Positions 55,300 to 64,000 of a stretch of DNA of 64,000 nt are shown here, piece after piece (positions within the stretch are counted from its first letter, which is position 1; the number at the start of each line of letters is the position of its first letter). This DNA is from Nanobdellota archaeon. GTDB lineage: Archaea; Nanobdellota; Nanobdellia; Woesearchaeales; GW2011-AR9. Both the position numbers and the translations under genes were made by a program. Where the stretch lies: NCBI GenBank assembly GCA_038044525.1, contig JBBSZV010000033.1, positions 7,131-71,130 of the forward strand. Reading direction: 5' to 3'. Below the pieces are notes generated by a model, which ran no database searches, was not told the origin of the DNA, and saw nothing but the letters and a program-made list of their open reading frames with translations.

Positions 55300-57846
55300 A
55301 TGAAAGTAAAAAAGATAGTGAAATGCATTCTTTCAGCTGGTGCTGGAGCAACTATGCTTGGCGCAACAGTGATGGGTGCAATGGCTGCAGATTTGAGCAA
55401 CTACCCGGACATGTTAGTTCAAGATGGTGTCTTTAACGGACTTATGGTAGTCGGAGAAAATGCCGCTGCTGTAGACAATTTAGCAATGACTGACATTGCC
55501 GCAAGCATGAAATATAAAGCATCTGATGCAGGCGCTACCGTCAGTGTCGAGGGCGATGCTTTCCTAGTTAAAGCAGGAACTGACGAATTAGAGTTTGGCG
55601 AAGCGCTTGGAACCACAACTCACGGAGTATTGGATTTCGTAGATGGGGATGATTTAGCTGCTTTGGCAGATGGTACTTTGGCCAGTTCAAAGGGATCTTT
55701 CAACTACGAACAGTTCATCCACTTCGATGACCCGGTCGTTAACACCACTTACGTGGAAGATGACGACGACGTAACTGCTTTGTTCTTGAAAGTTCCGGAT
55801 AACAGCCAATTCGCCAGATATGAAATGAACTTTCTGGATGCAGCAAAAAGCGATGTAGATTCATCTACCAGCTATAAATTGGATGATCTGGAAAAGAAAT
55901 CCATCACCCTGCTGGGAAAGACCTATAACATCGTCCAGGCCAGGACCAATGCGATTTCGGCTACTCCGCAAATCACCTTGACCTTGATGTCCGGTTCTGC
56001 TTCAGACCAAATATTGGAAGGGGAAACAAAAACGTTTACTCTTGATGGTAAAGAGTATGAAGTGAGTCTGATTTTCACCAATACGGCGGATCAAGCTAAA
56101 TTTACTGTCAATGGTGAAACTACCCCGGTAATGGATGAAGGAGATACTGAAACGCTATCTGACGGAGTGGTACTTGGATTGAGCGAAGTATTATACCAAG
56201 ACTACGCTGGAGGTATCCACCAAGCTGAGTTTTATCTGGGAGCTGACAAGTTAGAGTTGCAGGATGATAACTTTAACCAGACTATGGCTACCGCCACTTC
56301 ATCAGACGACCTAAAAGTCAATGATGAAACCATCGACGGCGCAGCGGTAACGATCTTTGGTTCAGTGACTACTGCCTGGAGCGCAACTGCTGACGGAGAG
56401 TTAGAGATTGACGACATCCAGGTCAACATGACTGCGCAGGACGATTATTTTGTAGCAGCTGGTGAAACCTTGTTAGGCCAGCCCGAGCTTGAAGAAAAAT
56501 CATTAGTCTTCACTGAGAATTGGGACTTGCGTTTTGAAGGTATGGACCAGTCTGTGCTGACCGATGAACTAAAAGTTGCTGACCAAAGCGGTGAGAAGGA
56601 ATATTGGTTGACTTTCACTAACGTGAAAGGAGACGTAATAAATATGCCTTTAGCTTATGCGAATGGGGCAACTTTAAGATTTGGTAGCCAAGATGATAAG
56701 TTGCAATTGAACAAAACTTCAATCCAGGACGAACAATATTTCATCTTGAACGATGATACGGATGAAGATTCGGTCACCAGCGTAGTCCAATACAAGGGAA
56801 CTGATAAGTTTGGCGCATCCGATCCTAAAGCAAAGTTTAAGGTTTTAGGAACTGGAGAGACGGTCGAACGTCCGATAACCTTTGGAGCAGGCCAAAACGG
56901 TGCAACTTTTAACTTAAAGTTAGGAGGTAACACCTATACATTTGCCAACGCGAGTTCCGTCGGAGGAGCAGCTGCTGGAGGAGGTAATGTTGATGCTGAT
57001 GATTGGAACATTACCGTTACTGGTGGACATGCAGCTACTGCTCTGACTGCAAGGGGACCACTTGGTGTAAACTACGAAACCGATTTTTTAATCGCCCGTG
57101 GTGGTGCTAAAATTTGGGTCGAAGATATGTTTGGTAACGACACCGCTAACAGCATAAGGTTCAACGTCAGTTTGCTAGACGCTGATGCAATTGATGACAG
57201 AAACGCTGTTCCGTACCTGATAAAAGGGTACAACATCACGGCTGCATCAAGCGAAGTTGACTTGGCAACTGAAGTTGGGTTTGATTTTGTGAACCTTACC
57301 TTGACATCACCGCAAGACGACGACGACAATTCCTACGGTTACTCAGCTAACGGAGCATGGGTAAAAAGGAATAGTCCTAGCGGCGGCGGATCCAGCGCAG
57401 ACACATTGACCATTGAATGGCCGCACAAAGAAAGATTGCCAATGGTGTACTTGACCTCTGGAGCAGTAGCTTCGAGCACTTCAGCAGGCGGCGACCTGAA
57501 AGCAGTAACCTTTGTGGATGCCACTAAGCTGGACAGCGAAGTAGCTGACGTGAAAGCGCAGAACTTAGTTGTTGTAGGAGGACCTTGTGTCAACACCGCA
57601 GCAGCTGAATTGTTGGGCAACCCAACTGATTGTGCCGAAGGATTTACCCCTGGAAAAGCACGCGTTAAGTTGTTCGAGCATGCTAACGGCAACGTGGCTA
57701 TGCTTGTAGCAGGTTACAGCGGCGCTGACACCAGACTGGCTGGTAAAGTTGTAGCTAACAGAGCTGGCGAACTTTCCGGCAAGGAAATGGTTGTAGAAGG
57801 CACGACCTACGCTGACGCAACACTCAGCAAAACAACGTCTAACTAA
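55300..57846 (+). CDS. Major S-layer protein (Methanococcus-type N- and C-terminal domains)
   Basis: ATMLGATVMGAMAADLSNYP...VVGENAAAVD and NLVVVGGPCVN...LVAGYSGADTR. GGAGGT SD before ATG 55300. Confidence 0.88.
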   Translation: MKVKKIVKCILSAGAGATMLGATVMGAMAADLSNYPDMLVQDGVFNGLMVVGENAAAVDNLAMTDIAASMKYKASDAGATVSVEGDAFLVKAGTDELEFGEALGTTTHGVLDFVDGDDLAALADGTLASSKGSFNYEQFIHFDDPVVNTTYVEDDDDVTALFLKVPDNSQFARYEMNFLDAAKSDVDSSTSYKLDDLEKKSITLLGKTYNIVQARTNAISATPQITLTLMSGSASDQILEGETKTFTLDGKEYEVSLIFTNTADQAKFTVNGETTPVMDEGDTETLSDGVVLGLSEVLYQDYAGGIHQAEFYLGADKLELQDDNFNQTMATATSSDDLKVNDETIDGAAVTIFGSVTTAWSATADGELEIDDIQVNMTAQDDYFVAAGETLLGQPELEEKSLVFTENWDLRFEGMDQSVLTDELKVADQSGEKEYWLTFTNVKGDVINMPLAYANGATLRFGSQDDKLQLNKTSIQDEQYFILNDDTDEDSVTSVVQYKGTDKFGASDPKAKFKVLGTGETVERPITFGAGQNGATFNLKLGGNTYTFANASSVGGAAAGGGNVDADDWNITVTGGHAATALTARGPLGVNYETDFLIARGGAKIWVEDMFGNDTANSIRFNVSLLDADAIDDRNAVPYLIKGYNITAASSEVDLATEVGFDFVNLTLTSPQDDDDNSYGYSANGAWVKRNSPSGGGSSADTLTIEWPHKERLPMVYLTSGAVASSTSAGGDLKAVTFVDATKLDSEVADVKAQNLVVVGGPCVNTAAAELLGNPTDCAEGFTPGKARVKLFEHANGNVAMLVAGYSGADTRLAGKVVANRAGELSGKEMVVEGTTYADATLSKTTSN

Positions 57847-57890
57847 GCCTAGATAAGGCTTTTGTTTTTTTCTTTTTTTTCTTTTTTTCT
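57845..57890 (+). terminator. Hairpin plus long T-rich tract after the S-layer gene
   Basis: AAGCCT-AGATA-AGGCTT followed by oligo-T runs. Confidence 0.65.
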
Positions 57891-58085
57891 GGTGTTTTTG
57901 GTATTTTTGACGCAGGTTTTTGCGCTGAGCAAAAGATAATTTTTATAAGCAGGAAAATTATTCTTCCCTCAAATAAGTTAATTTCAAGTGAATCAGCAAT
58001 ATATTAAATCAGGATATTAAACCAATAAGAAAAAAATATCAAGAGGCGAATAGATATCAAATACAAAAATTACGTTCCGGTATTC

Positions 58086-59105
58086 TTGTTTGTTTCTTTG
58101 GCAGTATTATCTTTTTTTATCCTCCGGCCGCTCGTACTGGCAATTTTTGTAGGAGCGCTATTAGCTTATACCTTTTATCCGATATACAAGTTCACCGCAA
58201 AAAAAACCAATAGCCCTATAATCTCTTCGTTTTTAGTATGTTTCTTAGTCCTTCTCTTGGTGATAATCCCTGCCGGTTTTTTGATAAAGGTGCTTATACA
58301 GGAATCATATGTCATCTATCTGCTGGTCAAACAGAAATTAGCGGTGGGGTTGTTTAACAGCTGCACTACCGACCTGTGCAAGGCCATAACGGAGATGAGC
58401 CAGAGCGAGGTCGTCAGCTATCAGCTGAAAGAGATCACCAAAAATGCCGCCGAATGGGTCATCAGTAAAGGCTCATCATTTTTAGTGAACTTACCGCGCC
58501 TGCTGATGAATTTATTTGTGGTTTTCTTTACCCTATTCTTTTTCCTGAAGGATGGGGAAAGTTTGCTCAATAAGCTGCACAATTATTTTCAGATCCGCCA
58601 GAAAAATTATGCTTTGATCCTTGACCGATTGAGAGAAATAATCCATGGGGTGGTTTACGGTTATCTATTGGTAGCTTTGATTCAGGGGATATTCGGCGCG
58701 TTAGGATTTTTCCTGTTCGGCATCCCTTCACCTTTTTTCTGGGGGGTAGTGATATCATTTTTTGCATTGATTCCGGCTATAGGTACGGGAGTGATCTGGA
58801 TCCCCGCTTCATTGTTCTTGTTGTTAGACGGGATATTTCAGGGTTCTGATGCCGGCATATGGATGGGGATAGGCTTGTTTGTATATTGTTTTATCTTTGT
58901 GGGAAGCGTGGATAATATTCTCCGCCCTAAACTTATCGGCGACAAGGCTAAAGTCCACACCGCGATCATCATGCTGGGTATCTTCGGCGGGATATTGTTT
59001 TTAGGGCCGCTGGGGGTAATCCTTGGGCCGTTAGTACTGTCGCTGACCGCAGAAGTGATGTGGATCTATCTTGCGAAAAATAATTACCATAAAAAACTAT
59101 TATAA
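58086..59105 (+). CDS. AI-2E (PerM) family transporter
   Basis: FFFLKDG, ALIQG, LIPAIGT..IWIP, VDNILRPKLIG, GVILGP. The frame stays open back to ATA at 58050 after GAGG, so the true start may lie upstream. Confidence 0.88.
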   Translation: MFVSLAVLSFFILRPLVLAIFVGALLAYTFYPIYKFTAKKTNSPIISSFLVCFLVLLLVIIPAGFLIKVLIQESYVIYLLVKQKLAVGLFNSCTTDLCKAITEMSQSEVVSYQLKEITKNAAEWVISKGSSFLVNLPRLLMNLFVVFFTLFFFLKDGESLLNKLHNYFQIRQKNYALILDRLREIIHGVVYGYLLVALIQGIFGALGFFLFGIPSPFFWGVVISFFALIPAIGTGVIWIPASLFLLLDGIFQGSDAGIWMGIGLFVYCFIFVGSVDNILRPKLIGDKAKVHTAIIMLGIFGGILFLGPLGVILGPLVLSLTAEVMWIYLAKNNYHKKLL

Positions 59106-59133
59106 TAAACCAGTTATAATAAAACTGTTATAA

Positions 59134-59595
59134 TCAGAATCCGGTTCCCCTGCTGTAACCTACCAGCTGCTGGAGGTAATCGGAAAGCTGTATCTGCTGC
59201 GGAATATGCCGTAAAAAGAAATTTTTACCTAAATTGATGGAATAAGTTTTGAAGAACCGGTCTAAAGGATCGAGATGGACCGCGGTGTTGTTTATATCGA
59301 TGTAAAAGATGGTTTCTTTTCCTTTGGTTACTCTGTTGCGGTAAAATAAGTAAGGCTGGCTTACTTTCCGCACCGCCAGACCGGTGCCCAAAAGGACGAG
59401 GAGCAGCAATAGTATCAAAGAGCCGGTTTTTAGCGCAGTTTCCTGTCCGGCGCTTAATTCCAGTAAGGATACATTAAGCAATACGCCGAGGTAAAAAATG
59501 GTAGATAAGATCGTCAGAGAAGCTATTTTAGGCGCTAAGGCCCGGGATTTAGATTCGTACACGGTGTAGATAGGCATTTCCGGAGGAAGTTCCAT
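59134..59595 (-). CDS. Hypothetical 2-TM protein (possible bPH-like C-terminus)
   Basis: Two hydrophobic helices and a small soluble domain. Confidence 0.65.
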   Translation of the reverse strand: MELPPEMPIYTVYESKSRALAPKIASLTILSTIFYLGVLLNVSLLELSAGQETALKTGSLILLLLLVLLGTGLAVRKVSQPYLFYRNRVTKGKETIFYIDINNTAVHLDPLDRFFKTYSINLGKNFFLRHIPQQIQLSDYLQQLVGYSRGTGF

Positions 59596-59675
59596 TAGAT
59601 AATGAAAATGATATTAATTTAAATGGTTTATGGTAGATTTTTGGGATAAATTAATGGTCGATAATGAAAAATAAA

Positions 59676-59821
59676 TGGGCCCACCCGGACTTTCGGTATC
59701 AAGCATTTCGAACCGGGGATCTCCTCGATACAGAAAATGCCAGCGTTTTAAGCGCTTTGCATTTGCGTCAACGAGATGTCATCTGCGGCGCATCTCTGCG
59801 TAGCCGCTAGACCATGAGCCC
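59676..59821 (-). tRNA. tRNA-Val(GAC) with three introns (D-loop, 37/38, 59/60)
   Basis: Removing 59783-59801, 59729-59765 and 59690-59706 gives a 73-nt cloverleaf: GGGCTCATGGTCTAGCGGCTATGACATCTCGTTGACGTCGAGGAGATCCCCGGTTCGAATCCGGGTGGGCCCA. Confidence 0.88.
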
Positions 59822-59878
59822 ATCTTTGTAAGAAAGACTTATATTCTTTTATAAATCTTATTTATTTATTCTTGAAAA

Positions 59879-60520
59879 ATGGCAGATGCGGAAACCCTGT
59901 TCTTTAGCGGCCTGATAGAACTGCAGTATGGAAAGGACGTGGAAAAAGAATTGAAGATAATAGCAGAAGATGTTTCCTGGGCCAAGGGATGGCCTGACAA
60001 TATCATCTCATTCTGGAATGCCGAATCCTTCATGTGGAGGCATAAGATCAGCAAGGAAGCAAGAGATCTGATCGCCGGCGAATTATCCTTTCTGAAGGGC
60101 GGGAAGAATCTGGATGTGGGCTGCGGCGCTTATTCCTATCTGTCTTCGGTAGGTTTTGATATTTCGGAAAAGATGCTGCTGCTGAACGGCCACTGCACGG
60201 AAAAAGTCCGCGGGGATCTGGAAGGCGCATTGCCGTTTCACGACAGCAGCTTTGACTCCATCACTGCGGTTTTTGTCCTGAATTATGTGTCCGGCTATCA
60301 TCAGCTGCTGCAGGAAATAAAACGAATCCTACGTCCGGACGGCCGTTTTGCAGCAGTTCTATCTGCCAACAGGATCAACAGTTGGCAGCGGCAGAAAGAA
60401 GTGAATTGTTTTGCTGCTGAAGGATGGGTTTCTATCTTAAAAAGAGCCGGGTTTACCGTTGATTTTCAGGTGAAAGAGGGGTTGTGGTTTTTCAGATGCA
60501 AAGCCCTTTCTATTAGATGA
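59879..60520 (+). CDS. Class I SAM-dependent methyltransferase
   Basis: LDVGCG, FDISEKML, LPFHDSSFD, RILRPDG. Confidence 0.85.
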   Translation: MADAETLFFSGLIELQYGKDVEKELKIIAEDVSWAKGWPDNIISFWNAESFMWRHKISKEARDLIAGELSFLKGGKNLDVGCGAYSYLSSVGFDISEKMLLLNGHCTEKVRGDLEGALPFHDSSFDSITAVFVLNYVSGYHQLLQEIKRILRPDGRFAAVLSANRINSWQRQKEVNCFAAEGWVSILKRAGFTVDFQVKEGLWFFRCKALSIR

Positions 60521-60586
60521 ATGTAGGTAGATTTATAAATTTAAAATGATTAATTTCTTTATTTAGTTATAACTATAAAAAAGGTA

Positions 60587-61897
60587 ATGAAAATGAAGAA
60601 ATATCTGGTGCTGGTAGGTCTTTTATTATTGCTTCCCGTGGTTTTGGCGCAGGAAAATGAAATTGTTTCGGAAGATCCGGGCGTGACTCCCGATTCTTTT
60701 TTATGGGGCGTAGATAAGGCTTTGGAGCAGATCTCCTTATTGCTCGCTGCTGATCCGGAAGCAAAAGCGGCCAAAGGGCTGGAAATCGCCCGGGAACGTC
60801 TGTTGGAAGTAAAGGCCATGGCTGAAGCGAAGAACCTCCCTGCTCTCGAGAAAGCGCAGAATGAGCACAGCAAAATTCTTCTTAAGGTAAAAGAAAATAT
60901 CAAATCGATGGCCGATGACGATCCTGAAGCTCAGCTGGAGAATGAATTAAAAATAGAAAAAGAGCTGCAGGAACACGAAAAGGAAATAGAAGAAGTAAGC
61001 GCGAAATTAAAAGTCAAGATAAAGGTTGAAGGCGTTTTGTCTGCGGAACAGCAGGCGCAGCTGGACGAATTCTTGGCTTCGTTGAGCGAAAGCGCTGAAG
61101 ATGTTAAAGTGGAGATTAAAAATAAGAAAGAATCTACCAAGGTAACCATCAAGGAGAAGACCGGCAAGAGCGAAGAAGAAATAGAAGATGATGTGGAAAA
61201 ATCAGAGCGGGAGCAAGGTATCGGCGAAGAGATAAAAGTGCGGGCTGAGACTGCCGGCGGGAAATCTTTTGTCAAAGTGGATCTTAGTTTCGATACTGCT
61301 GCTACCGATAAGGAAGCGCTTCTGGCGGAGATCGTGGAACGGTTCAGCCTGGATGCGGAAAACGCAGCTTCTCTACTGAAGGTTGAAGAAGAGGCAGAAG
61401 ATGATGAAGATAGGCTGCAGGTCAAAGTAAAGACCGGCGCAGAAGGTTCAGAAGTGGATGTAAAACTGCGTTTTACCATAAACTCTACGGAAGAGAGCGC
61501 CATCGTCGCTGCCTTGGTCGAGAGGACGCAATTAACTCCTGAACAGATCGAAGCGGTATGGCGGCTGAAAGAAGAAAAACAGAAAGAAGGTAAGGAGATC
61601 GAGATCGAAGTGGAGATAGAGGAAGGCGAAGCGCAGGTTAAGGTCGAGACCGACAGCAGCGAGATGGAATTTGTGCTGGAAGAGACCGACCGCGAGAAAA
61701 TAGTGCAGGAGATTGCTTCCCGCCTGGGAATCTCCGTGGAAGAAGTCTTGAAGTACGCGACTTTTGAAGAAGAATCGGAAGAAAAATCTAAGAGAACGGA
61801 AGAGCCGGAGACGGAAGAAGACGAAGCCGGGGATGAGGATGAAGATTCTGAAGAGGAAGATGAGGAAAGCGGAAGCAACGTCTCCGGCAATCAATAA
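60587..61897 (+). CDS. Secreted DUF5667-like highly acidic protein
   Basis: Signal peptide, PGVTPDSFLWGVDKALEQI..L....KA..L.IARERLLE, acidic tail. Confidence 0.75.
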   Translation: MKMKKYLVLVGLLLLLPVVLAQENEIVSEDPGVTPDSFLWGVDKALEQISLLLAADPEAKAAKGLEIARERLLEVKAMAEAKNLPALEKAQNEHSKILLKVKENIKSMADDDPEAQLENELKIEKELQEHEKEIEEVSAKLKVKIKVEGVLSAEQQAQLDEFLASLSESAEDVKVEIKNKKESTKVTIKEKTGKSEEEIEDDVEKSEREQGIGEEIKVRAETAGGKSFVKVDLSFDTAATDKEALLAEIVERFSLDAENAASLLKVEEEAEDDEDRLQVKVKTGAEGSEVDVKLRFTINSTEESAIVAALVERTQLTPEQIEAVWRLKEEKQKEGKEIEIEVEIEEGEAQVKVETDSSEMEFVLEETDREKIVQEIASRLGISVEEVLKYATFEEESEEKSKRTEEPETEEDEAGDEDEDSEEEDEESGSNVSGNQ

Positions 61898-61940
61898 GCT
61901 GATGGGATGATAAAAGCTGGTAAGCGGATGAGCAGATAAA

Positions 61941-63404
61941 ATGGCAGTTGATATATTTTCCAAGGAACCGGCATTCGCTGACGACCCTACTTATCGATCT
62001 AATCTTCTGAAAGAATATGGTTTTGGAGAAGAACGGGCAGAAATAATTACCGGCGAATATCAAACTACGGGGTTTCCTGAATCTTTAAGGCACTGTCGTC
62101 TGTTGTGGGAAGTGTTCGATCTTGGTCTGGAAGAGCCGTATTTCTGGATATTAGATTATTTTAAAGATGCTTTCCCCATAATCGAGAAATTAGAAGATTC
62201 TTTTGCCGCAGCAGAAAATTCTGCATTTTTTGGAGTGACCCAGCAGCGTTTAGGTGCGCAGCAGGATAAGATATCACAGTTCTTAGCCCAAGTCGGAAAG
62301 ATGATCAAGGAACTGTTTCAGATGGTGCGGGAATTGCGGATAATTGATGAGCGGTTAGATTATTATAACGGGGTAGAATCAGAATTATCCAAGTCCATAA
62401 GCCAGCGGGGCAAAAGCCACGAAATCACTTTGAAGGGATTGTTTGTAGATTTAGTGCAAGGGGGAGGAAAAAGCGCCGCATCAGTGTATGGGATGGCCAG
62501 AGAACTGGAATTCATCACTCTTCCGGATTTATTTTTTGATGCTCCGCCTTTAAAGAATACCGGAGAACTGGAAAGGCACATCGAATCGCTAAGCCAGAAT
62601 TTCAACAAGAATGTCCTTCGGGTTTTACAGCGGCATCTTAACCAATATCTGGAATGGCGGACGCGGACGCATAAAGAGCATATGCAAAGAAAAATCTTCC
62701 AGCTTAAATATCTAAAACAGCACTTTGACGTCATCAAGATGTACCTAACTTGGGTCAAGCCTTACCTGCGGCACGTCCGTGCCTTGACTCTGAAAGGAAA
62801 AAGCATGAGTTCGGCGGAGATGGTTTCCGCTTTTGAAGGAAGCATGCTGGACGTGGAAATTTTGGCGCGCAAGCCGTTGGAGCCGTCGAAGAAAGCCAGT
62901 TCCTGTGTCTTAGCTACGTTCAATTACCGGACGAGAGCGGAAATGAAAGTGCAGCAGGAAGGCTATCAGCGCGGCCCGATCCATATCGGCAAGATGGTAG
63001 TCACGTTCAGGGCTTATGCCTGGACGAACGAACAAGTGGATAATTATAAAAAACTTAAAGATAAAGAGATGTTTGATCTGTTCGGCGATGTTTCTTCTTC
63101 AGTGCAGGCAGCCATGGAATCTTTAGGGCAGGAATTATATCATTATCTTGAAGAGGCAGAAGGGAAAGCTGTGCAGGAAAAGAAAGCGGCCGAGAAAAAG
63201 CCAGCAAAAACTTTTACCGAGAAATTCCTGGGAGATTTTTATACGCCGCGGGGAGCGAAGGAATCCAGAAAAACGCGTAAGCAGGAAGGATTAGCTGCAG
63301 CTCAGGCTATGGCTGATGCAGAGAAGTGCGAAGGAGCGGCTAAATTTCATGCATTCAATGTTTTTCATCTATTCAAGAAAGCGCACCGGATGGTAGCATG
63401 GTGA
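61941..63404 (+). CDS. Hypothetical cytoplasmic protein
   Basis: 487-aa ORF, helical, no motif recognised. Confidence 0.8.
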   Translation: MAVDIFSKEPAFADDPTYRSNLLKEYGFGEERAEIITGEYQTTGFPESLRHCRLLWEVFDLGLEEPYFWILDYFKDAFPIIEKLEDSFAAAENSAFFGVTQQRLGAQQDKISQFLAQVGKMIKELFQMVRELRIIDERLDYYNGVESELSKSISQRGKSHEITLKGLFVDLVQGGGKSAASVYGMARELEFITLPDLFFDAPPLKNTGELERHIESLSQNFNKNVLRVLQRHLNQYLEWRTRTHKEHMQRKIFQLKYLKQHFDVIKMYLTWVKPYLRHVRALTLKGKSMSSAEMVSAFEGSMLDVEILARKPLEPSKKASSCVLATFNYRTRAEMKVQQEGYQRGPIHIGKMVVTFRAYAWTNEQVDNYKKLKDKEMFDLFGDVSSSVQAAMESLGQELYHYLEEAEGKAVQEKKAAEKKPAKTFTEKFLGDFYTPRGAKESRKTRKQEGLAAAQAMADAEKCEGAAKFHAFNVFHLFKKAHRMVAW

Positions 63405-63434
63405 CTGTATTTTTTTAACATAGAGGTATAGAAA

Positions 63435-63674
63435 ATGGATAACTTGGAAAATAAAATTTTAAAACAGAACGGGAATGAACCAATTAAACCGGACGGAAAA
63501 CAGTGGCTGCCTCTGGGCATCGGCGTTTATTTTGCAGTGAAAGATGCATTACAAGGCAAACCGCACATTATGGATCCGAGTAATCGGGTGAGGCTGTATG
63601 CCAGTGCATTCTATCACGGCATGATAAGCGCATATCCTATTTATCTTGGCATAAAAGATCTTGTTCAAAATTGA
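63435..63674 (+). CDS. Hypothetical small membrane protein
   Basis: 79-aa ORF with GAGGT SD. Confidence 0.6.
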   Translation: MDNLENKILKQNGNEPIKPDGKQWLPLGIGVYFAVKDALQGKPHIMDPSNRVRLYASAFYHGMISAYPIYLGIKDLVQN

Positions 63675-63687
63675 ACTAGGCGTAACG

Positions 63688-64000
63688 ATGGGAACAATGG
63701 CAAAAGAAACAGCAAATGAGGATACCATTGAAAAAATGATTGCGCTTGATGAAGATTTTATCAGCTGGTGGGCGGAAGGTTTGGAAAGGGAAGGTTGCAA
63801 TTTAGATAAAGACACTATCCGTATCGCTACCCAGCAGGAAAAGCCTTTTCTTTTCCGCAATTATACTTATAGGGAATATTTTGATGCCATGAGGCGGGGC
63901 GAATATTGGCCGTCAGTTACATATAATCTTGCATACACCATGTGCTGGAAGTCGGTTCTTGAAAATATGGTCGAGGACGAAGGAGCAGCAGTTCCGCCCT
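63688..64000 (+). CDS. Hypothetical protein (runs off the window end)
   Basis: MGTMAKETANEDTIEKMIALDEDFISWWAEG..., open to the end of the window. Confidence 0.6.
   Translation, partial: MGTMAKETANEDTIEKMIALDEDFISWWAEGLEREGCNLDKDTIRIATQQEKPFLFRNYTYREYFDAMRRGEYWPSVTYNLAYTMCWKSVLENMVEDEGAAVPP

Noticed and set aside
59100..59134. TTATAATAAA(C/A)C(A/T)G 14-bp tandem repeat
   Set aside because: Only about 2.5 AT-rich copies between convergent stops, most likely slippage in a terminator region.
60931..61890. 319-aa Ser-rich minus-strand ORF
   Set aside because: Antisense mirror of the Glu/Lys-rich DUF5667-like gene.

Overview
A gene-dense archaeal chromosomal segment. It carries archaeal-type RadB, uS2, eS8, TrmI, Taw3, LonB, AMP phosphorylase, a Methanococcus-type S-layer gene, TATA-like promoters and bulge-helix-bulge (BHB) tRNA introns. 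These sit beside bacterial-type genes (type I GAPDH, long RelA/SpoT, YvcK) and many acidic surface proteins. The mix is most consistent with a DPANN/Woesearchaeales-like organism, which is an inference. The standout is an apparent four-gene surface operon (23.4-33.8 kb): two class III signal-peptide proteins, an 1816-aa Ig/Cys-rich protein, and a secreted SGNH-esterase + lambda-R-type muramidase + FGE/C-type-lectin fusion with an internal G10 tract. This is a candidate apparatus for attaching to and lysing bacterial cell walls. Other notable items: a hydrolase-dead long RSH; a tRNA-Val with three introns; two synonymously recoded duplications of gene termini next to small palindromes; a nested palindromic MITE-like element; a complete IS5-family element with an RBS-sequestering hairpin; an amber-interrupted lonB; and a poly-T frameshifted gene behind a tandem-repeat promoter. 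No CRISPR array or rRNA was seen. All family calls are from motif recognition by eye, not database searches.
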